From NCBI RefSeq assembly GCF_036588685.1, contig NC_086383.1, positions 61,008,001-61,072,000 on the forward strand: a DNA stretch of 64,000 nucleotides, read 5' to 3'. Position numbers and translations under genes: made by a program. Positions within the stretch are counted from its first letter, which is position 1. Every line of letters begins with the position of its first letter. A model generated the notes under the pieces. It had not been told where the DNA came from, did not search any database, and saw only the letters and a list, made by a program, of their open reading frames with translations. Source of the DNA: Mytilus trossulus (taxonomy: Eukaryota). Shown one piece after another: positions 41,101 through 50,100 of the stretch.

Positions 41101-44100
41101 TTAATAGTTGCATCCTTGTTCGTATTCTGTCTAATCGATCCTATAAATAAAGCATTGTCTGATGTACAATATTTGTCGTTTTTTTTTGTGTAATTTATAC
41201 GTCTTTTTCGTTTCTCGTTTTTAATATAGATAAGACCGTTGGTTTTCCCGTTTGAATGGTTTTACACTAGTAATTTATGGGCACTTTATAGCTTGTTGTT
41301 CGGTTTGAGCCAAGGCTTCGTGTTGAAGGCCGTACATTGACCTATAATGGTTTACTTTTATAAATTGTTATTTGGATGGAGATTTGACTCATTTGCACTC
41401 ATACCACCTCTTCCTATATTTAATATTGTCTCCATTTAAGCACCTATGATCACCCCAGCTTTAGTTTTCTATGTTTTGTCTTGTGTCCTATTATTTGTCT
41501 GTTTTTTTATTGATTTTTTAGCAATGATGTTGTCAGTTTATTTTCTATCTATGAGTTTGGCTCTCTCTCTGGTATCTTTCGTCTCTCTTTTAAAAAAAAA
41601 AATTATAACATTTTTTTATTTTTCATCTCGTATTTTGTCAATGTTTCTGATGAAGGTCGCATGATATTTTTTCTGCTTCTTCCATTGTAGAGTTGAACAT
41701 CAACTATTAATAGCTAAGTCTTATTGAATTATTGAATTCATTAAATATATGGTTGTGTTTGCTTTTATTGTTATTAATTGTTCCCGTTGTTTCGTTGTTT
41801 TCCCCTTAAAGTTGATGTGTTTTTCTCGGTCTTGATATGTTATATGGATTTTGTTTTACAGTTAAACAACATCCGGGATTCAAATATTCAACCTATGTGC
41901 TGACAGGCTATAGAATAAGTACAAGAAGAAAATAAAATCACAAAATATACTAAACTCCGAGGAATATTCAAAACGCATAGTCCCTAATCAAATGACAAAA
42001 TCAAATAATGCACCACATCAAACGAATTGACAACAACTGTCATATTCCTGACTTAGTACAGACATTTCCAAATTTAGAAAATGGTGGATTGAACCTGGTT
42101 TTATAATTGATTAATGGCTATTGTACAGCGGTGTACTACTGTAGCTTTTTTTTTAACGTAATACTGAATCACCTGATATCCAATTCGGAAAATTGTGAAA
42201 AGATTTTTATTCTTTTTTTTCTCCATTGATAGCAGCAATACTTTGATAGTGCTCTCTCTCTTACTTGTTATGTTAACCTAAAAGCAATTTCAGTGACGAT
42301 ACATACGTTTTTAATTTGCATTAATTCCGAATACATTCAATGCAGCAGTTTTGATGTTAGAAATAAACTCATCATAGATACCAGAACTGAATTTAGTATA
42401 TACGCCAGACGCGCGTTTCGTCTGCAAGAGATTCATCAGTGACGCTCGAATCCCAAAAAGTTAAAAAGGCCAAATAAAGTACGAAGTTGAAGAGCAATGA
42501 GGTCCAAAATTACTAAAGGTTTTTAAAGATAGCAGCAATACTTTGATAGTGCTCTCTCTCTTACTTGTTATGTTAACCTAAAAGCAATTTCAGTGACGAT
42601 ACATACGTTTTTAATTTGCATTAATTCCGAATACATTCAATGCAGCAGTTTTGATGTTAGAAATAAACTCATCATAGATACCAGGACTGAATTTAGTATA
42701 TACGCCAGACGCGCGTTTCGTCTGCAAGAGATTCATCAGTGACGCTCGAATCCCAAAAAGTTAAAAAGGACAAATAAAGTACGAAGTTGAAGAGCAATGA
42801 GGTCCAAAATTACTAAAGGTTTTTAAAGAAAATGGTACATTCACACTGTCCAGGACCTAGCATTTAAATTATTCCTTCGAAAGGGACCTAAATATCATCT
42901 ACTGTCAATTATTAATCGGAATGAGTGTCATTGGACCATTCACGATTCACTCCCAATTCAGAGTATAAAATGGAGAAAGTGAGAAAGAGCCTACAAATAA
43001 TTCTTAGATTCTTGTATTTCATTGTTTAAACGAATTTGAAAAAAAAGATATTCATACTTTTTCAGAACATTTTACTCCAAAAATAGAAGCCTTATTTCTC
43101 GTATTAATCATGAACTTTTGAAAGAACTTGGCAGGAATATGTTCCCCGGCTTATAAGGTTGCCACAAATATTATTATTGCCGGACCTTATCAAAATAGGA
43201 AAGAGAACAAAAATATGATCGATTGAGAAAAAATAATCGTTCATGATATCGGGTGTATTGAGATTCGTTTGTTTTCGTGGATACCAATTGGTCGTTTCAG
43301 AAGCGTACACCAAAGCGGTTTGATTGGTTTAAAACTTCATAAACAATGGAAATTCAACCAATGATGTATCGTTATTTTCACTTTGGGGTACGAACAAGGA
43401 AATTACCCATGATGCTTTAGATTTTGAAACGGGCAATTATCGTGCATCAAGAAATCATTGTATACACTTGATTTCAATGATTTCTTAATGCACGATAATT
43501 GCCCGTTTCAAAATCTAAAGCATCATGGGTAATTTCATTGTTGTTTTTCCTGAGTTTGCTAACGAGCCAATAGAAAATGTGTTCTTTCTTAAACAAATGA
43601 ATTCGTGGTTCACTTTAACCCACGAAATTAACGAAAATCAGTTAAATGAAGAACGTTACTCCTCTAAACATAGTCTGATGATTCATTACACAATGAACAT
43701 TGACAACATAAATAAGAAAACTTACTTGTCTTTTAATTTCTGTTATGAATTCATTTACATCTGCTAAGAATTCCTTTGCTTTACCGGAATTCAAATGTTT
43801 GATCTTATCTACTGATGTCTGCATCCATTGTAAAGCTATTCTTGTGTATCCTGTCTCGTAGACAAACTTACCGATGTCATAACAATCGTATGCTGAAGAA
43901 TAAAAGCAAATAATGTTAAAGGGCGTGTTTTTCAACAGACTGTCGGCATTCCAAGGGGAACAAACTGTGCACCTCTACTTGCCGACTTGTTTCTTTATTA
44001 TTATGAGGCTGATTTCATGCAGGAACTTCTTAGAAAGAAATATAAGAAGTAAGCAATATCCTTTAACTCTACTTTCCGCTATATAGACGATGTTCTTTCA

Positions 44101-47100
44101 CTAAACAATTCAAAATTTGGTGACTATGTAGAACGCATCTATCCCATCGAACTAGAGATAAAGGATACTACATAATATACAGTTAATTCGGCTTCATATC
44201 TTGACTTACATTTAGAAATAGACAATGAGGGTCTGTTGAAAACAAAATTTTACGACAAAAGAGATCATTTCAGCTTTCCCATTCTGAACTTTCCATTTCT
44301 AAGTAGCAACATTCTAGCAGCACCTGCATACGGGGTATATATCTCCCATACGATATACCCGCGCTTGCATTTCCTATCATGATTTTCTTGATAGAGGGTT
44401 GCTGCTTACAAGGTAGCTCTTAAACCAAGAGTTCCAAATGGTGAAGTTGAAATCATCCCTTCGTATATATTACAGATGCCATCACGAGTTGGTTGACCGT
44501 TATGGTATTACCGTTTCACAAATGATATCGGATATGTTCCTCACGTCGTAACTACAATCCCCTTCATTTTCATGAATGTGACCTACCGAATTAGACTATT
44601 TACCGGATTTGTCATCACATAAGCAAAACACGACTGGTGCCACATGTGGAGCAGATCTGCTTACCCTTCCGGAGCACCTGAGATCACCCCTAGTTTTTGG
44701 TGGGGTTCGTGTTGTTTATTCTTTAGTTTTCTATGTTGTGTCAAATGTACTATTGTTTTTTCTGTTTGTCTTTTTCATTTTTAGCCAAGGCGTTGTCAGT
44801 TAGTTTTAGATTTATGAGTTTGACTGTCCCTTTGGTATCTTTCGTTCCTCTTTTAAAGAAATATTCCTTATTTTCGTCGATTTGATATGTAACTAATTGA
44901 AGTGATTACCAAGATAAACTTCCTTTGTGATTCTTCTCATTTTTCAACAACTATCTAAATAAGGTATATTCTCTCCTCAAATGTGAGTCAAGTGTTTTAT
45001 TGTAAGTATGCATTATGAAGAATGTAAAAGATTGATAATGAAATGTTCATTCTTATTTGTGTATTTCTGGTTAAGAAATTTAAACTTTCTATAGTAGTTA
45101 TTGATCTTCTTATTTTATCCATTGGCAAGCAATTGTTTAAGTCATTTTGTTTAAGTCAAAATGCCTGTACCAGGTTAGGAATATGACAGTTGTTATCCAT
45201 TAGTTTGATGTGTTTGGGCTTTTGATTTTGCCTTTTGATTTTGTATTTTCCTTTTTGACGTGTCTTTTGCGGTCAGTTCATTGCTGTACAGATATTTCAC
45301 TTTTCTCAGTGTATGCTTAGACTATTCAGATTCCTTTTTATTCTGTTCAAAACAACATCATACTATACATTGATATAATCATAATTATAAATTAAATGTT
45401 AACAAATGGGAAAAAATAAGGCTTTTTTACCTCAGGAATAGATTGCCTTAGCGGTATTTGACAAAACTTTTAGGAATTTTTGGTCCTCAATGCTCCTAAA
45501 CTTCATACTCTAGTTGGCCTATTAATCATTTTTTTATTCGAGCGTCGCTGATGAGTCTTTTTTTAGACAAAACGCGCATCTGGCGGAATTATTAAATTTT
45601 AATCATGGTACCTATGATGAGTTTATTTGTCTCAAAATCTACTGCACAGTGATGAATCGACTTTAAGCGAATTGTCTAAACAGTTTCCAATTTACTGTAA
45701 GCGAATTGTCTAAACAGTTTCCAATTTACTGCAAGCGAATTGTCTAAACAGTTTCCAATTTACTGTAAGCGAATTGTCTAAACAGTTTCCAATTTACCGC
45801 AATTGATAAGTTTGAATATCGACTAAAAGACTAAACTCGACTGAATTGTTGATTTTAAGACTTTTCAGAAGATGATCTAACAAAATGACCATTTAAGACT
45901 AGTTATTATTAACTATTGAAATGTCAATTATACATTTCCCTTTCAGTCTTGTATAATGGGTTTGAATACCTACCACTTAAAACTGGAACTTGTATTCCTA
46001 GTACATTTCCGCTTGCCATCTCTGGAGGTGTAACATTATATGTGTTCTGAAGCCTGGTGAACGATGTAAGAACGCCTTTCAGATCAACTTCTCCTGGTAA
46101 CTTGTACTTAAATGTTGCTTGAAACTCTGAAATTATGGAATAAAAAGTATATGTTGTATGATCAAGGACATTCGGTCCCCGATAGTATCACCAATAAGAA
46201 TTCAGTACATTCAGAGGACTAATAGATAAGATAAGATAAGATAAATACGTTTATTGCAATAAGCACAATTATGCTATAGCACATTTAAATAACAACATTA
46301 TCATGTGTAAGCAACATGAATTTATGTTAATGCATATGTATAAGAAAATGCAGAGAACAGTCATAATTAACAATATGAACATTTTGTTGATAAAAAAGAC
46401 AATTAGATACATAAACTACGTTAATATGAAAGTTCTGAGTTTCCAACTTTCACGCAAAAAACACATCAAATTGTAAATAACAGTTTTTGTTTGAACTTGT
46501 AGTAGTGAATACAGTTTGTTGATATTTGGCCGTGTATGATAATAGTTTGAGAAGTATTTAAGTCTATACTGTCTATATGCTGGACAAACCATAATAAAAT
46601 GATATTCATTCTCTATACATTGCATAGTACAACATTTACAAATTCTATCCTCCCTTCGTTGTTTTATGTAACGACCAGTTTCAATATTTAGTTTTAATAA
46701 ACCAAATCTTAATAAAGACAACATTTTAACATTGATATTTTTCGATATATATTGTTCCATCTTAAAATCTGTTTTTATCATTTTGTACAATATTAGTTTT
46801 TCAGAGCTCTCTACAGACTCACGCCAGCTCTGATAAAATTGATCTAACAAACGTTCATTCAAATATATCAAATTTTACATTAATATTCTCTTGTGTATAC
46901 CATAAATAATTAAATCCAAGTTGAAAAAGTAAATTACGAACATTTGTGGCCCAATTTTCTTTACCATTATAACAGTCAGCAACCAGAACTTGATATATTT
47001 CATATACAATATCTGGTTTCTTGTTTATAATATTAACCCAGTATTTCAACAACTTTTGTTTCCTAGTAACATACATAGGTAAATGACCAAGATCGCCAAT

Positions 47101-50100
47101 AGTACAACAGACAGGCGTGTTTTGGGGTACTTTTAAAACAAATCAACAAAATCTATTATGTACAGTTTCGATTTCTTTTGCATGATGAAAACCCAATACT
47201 TCAGAGGCGTAGTTTAAAATAGACGAAACTAGACTGTCAAACATAGCACATTGCTGTTCTGGTGAAATATAAGTAGATCTTAATGAATTCAACAATGCTG
47301 CAAGCGCTCTACTGCCCTGTCCCGCTAGGCGTTTTTGGGTTTGTTGAAATTTGCCGTTGTAATGTAGAAGAACTCCAAGGTATACATAGTGATCGACTAC
47401 TTTTAGTTCCGTATTGTCATCATGCCATGAATGGTTTACTCTTTGCCATCCTTTACGAAAAACTACAACTTCTGTTTTATCCTTATTAACCCCAATTTTC
47501 CATTTTGTACAGTAGATGAATAATTTATCTAAAAGAAACTGAAGAGCTTCTGGTGTTTTTCCAAATAGCACAGTATCATCAGCGAATAACAACAAGTATA
47601 TCAAATATCCAGTTAGGCTTATGTAATCACTAGTTCTATTATCATTCATACGTAGATCATCAGCAATGTCATTAATAAAAAATATGAAAAGCAGAGGAGA
47701 CAAGGGTTCGCCTTGTTTTACACCAATATTATTGGAAAAAACATCTGAAAGTAATCCATCACATTTAACGCGAATGTTCACAGTTGCATATACTGACTGC
47801 ACCATGGAAACAAACTTGCTACTTATTCCACTATTAAAAAGCTTATACCAAAGTATGCGACGCTCAACATTGTCAAAAGCCTTACAAAAGTCCACGAATG
47901 CTGAATACAGTTTTTCTTTTTGCGACAAGGTTGTTGATATTATTCCATGAAGAATAAAAACAGCGTCAACAGTTGATTTTTTGCGGCGAAATCCAAACTG
48001 GTTTGCTAAAAGAATCTCATTATCTTCGGCCCAACAAAGTAAACGATTATTCAAAATTGAACTAAAAATCTTTGAAAATACACTGATCAATATAATTGGC
48101 CTATAGTTATTAGGGTTTAAAAGATACCCTTTCTTTGGTACAGGTATAACAATTCCTTCTATCCAATTATCGGGGTAAATACTAAATTCAAATAGTTAAT
48201 TAAACAAAACTGTTAAAAATGTTGAAAAAAGCTGAGAATCTGATAAAAATATTTCTCCACTGATTTCATCTGTTCCTGTACTTTTACCACGCTTTAACTT
48301 TTTAATTGCAGATTCAATTTCCGATTCAGTAAATTCCTTATCTAAATCGTCTATGTGTAGATCTTCCGAACGAATTTTGTCTATTAATGTTTTAACTTCT
48401 TCTGATAAATCACCAGGTTCCGCACCAAGAAAGTTTTTAAAATGTTCAAAAATGTCTTTTGCATCGGCCGCGCATCTAGATCGACCCTTAGGTCTAACTT
48501 TTGACCAGAATTCTCTGGGATTCACTTTAGCCAATCGCCTTAGCTCCTGTCCACGTGCGCGTTTGTATCGAGTTTTCGCTTTTCGTTTAACTTTGTTGTA
48601 TTCGTTTCTTGCTGTCACGTATAATTGTCTATTGGGACTGTTTGGGTAGCGCTGAAAACGGTTCCGTGCTTGGTGAAATTCACTTCTAAACAGTTTACAT
48701 GAGTGATCGAACCAATCATTTTCACTAAGTTTATGTTTACTCAAATGTTTTTTAACAGATGTTTTACCAAAAACATTAAGCGCACATTTAAATATAACAT
48801 CGGTAATCACATTTACGGCGTTGTTCGCACTTTCATTGTCATTTATGTTGTTTACTAGTTCCAACATATCAGTTTGTTTCTCCAGTAATGCTTGCGTGAA
48901 ATCGTTAACTTTCTCATTATCCCACTTTATATATGTATAATGGTTTGAAGAATGTTCCTCATTATACGTTCGATTTGTCTGAATTTCATAAAATAAAGGC
49001 GAATGGTCAGAAAATTCATTATGTTCCAGAACTTAAAAAATTCTCAACCAATTTATAATCACATGGACAAGTTAACCGATAATCATTCACACTTCTTCCG
49101 TTTGAAGTACAACAAGTAAATTGTCCAGCCAGATCGTTTCGTAATCTACCATTACATATAGTTAAACCCGTGTTATGACACATTTGGACAAGCTTTCGAC
49201 CAAACTTATTTACTGTTGTATCCTTAGAACATCTTGGCGGTGTAATGGGATTTTCATCATGCACTACACTACTCACATATCTATCTGAATGAGCAAAACC
49301 TAGCCAATCATCTAGTAACCCAACTCTACAAATAAAATCACCACAAACAAGTAGGCTTCCCTTTTCTCTATACTCAAAAACAATATTTTCTATTAATTCA
49401 AAAAAGTCACAGTCATTTACATTATAATATGAGTACTTCTCATGGGGTATGTACACAAAACATATGTAAATATCAGTATCATTATGAAAAAAAAATCCTT
49501 TTTTAACTTGATCAATAAAATACCATTTTCAATTTCCTTGACTATTTCAATACCTTTCATAATATATGGTTTACAGTAAAAACATATTCCACCCTCGTTT
49601 CTGACCCCTATATTATTACATATACCAAATGACGATAGATTTTCAAAATTATTTAAGTGTGGCTTATAACTGCCCTTTAACCATGATTCACAAAGAAATA
49701 ATAAATCATAATCATTAATAAAATTAAGAAAGTCATTGTCATCGATACAAGAAATAATACCATGAATGTTCCAACTTAAACACTTGATGTTTCGAGAATG
49801 CTCTCTGCGTGTATCCTATGGACCAACATATTCTTTACCTGCTACGAACAGTTTGTCTCTCACGAAATATGCCTTTGTATTGTTTGCTTTAAGTGCTCTA
49901 AGTTTCGGCAGTAGATTTTTTCTTCTTTTCAGAATTTCAACTGGCAATTGTTCGGATATACCAAAATTAGTGTCTTTAAGATTAACAGCGCTTTTACGGA
50001 CTTCTTGTTTCTGAAAATAGTTTGAAACTTCACCAATAACGGGCGGATTCTGTCCCCCTCTTTTCCAATTCTGGAAGCACTTTTTATGTTTATTTCCCTC

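Noticed and set aside
42172-42230. Candidate P4HA exon 5 ending at CAG|GTGA
   Set aside because: No clear acceptor or compatible phase. Exon 41080-41140 fits the phases and shares TRM with the paralog.
45665-45800. 34-bp x 4 array as CRISPR
   Set aside because: Head-to-tail identical units without spacers.
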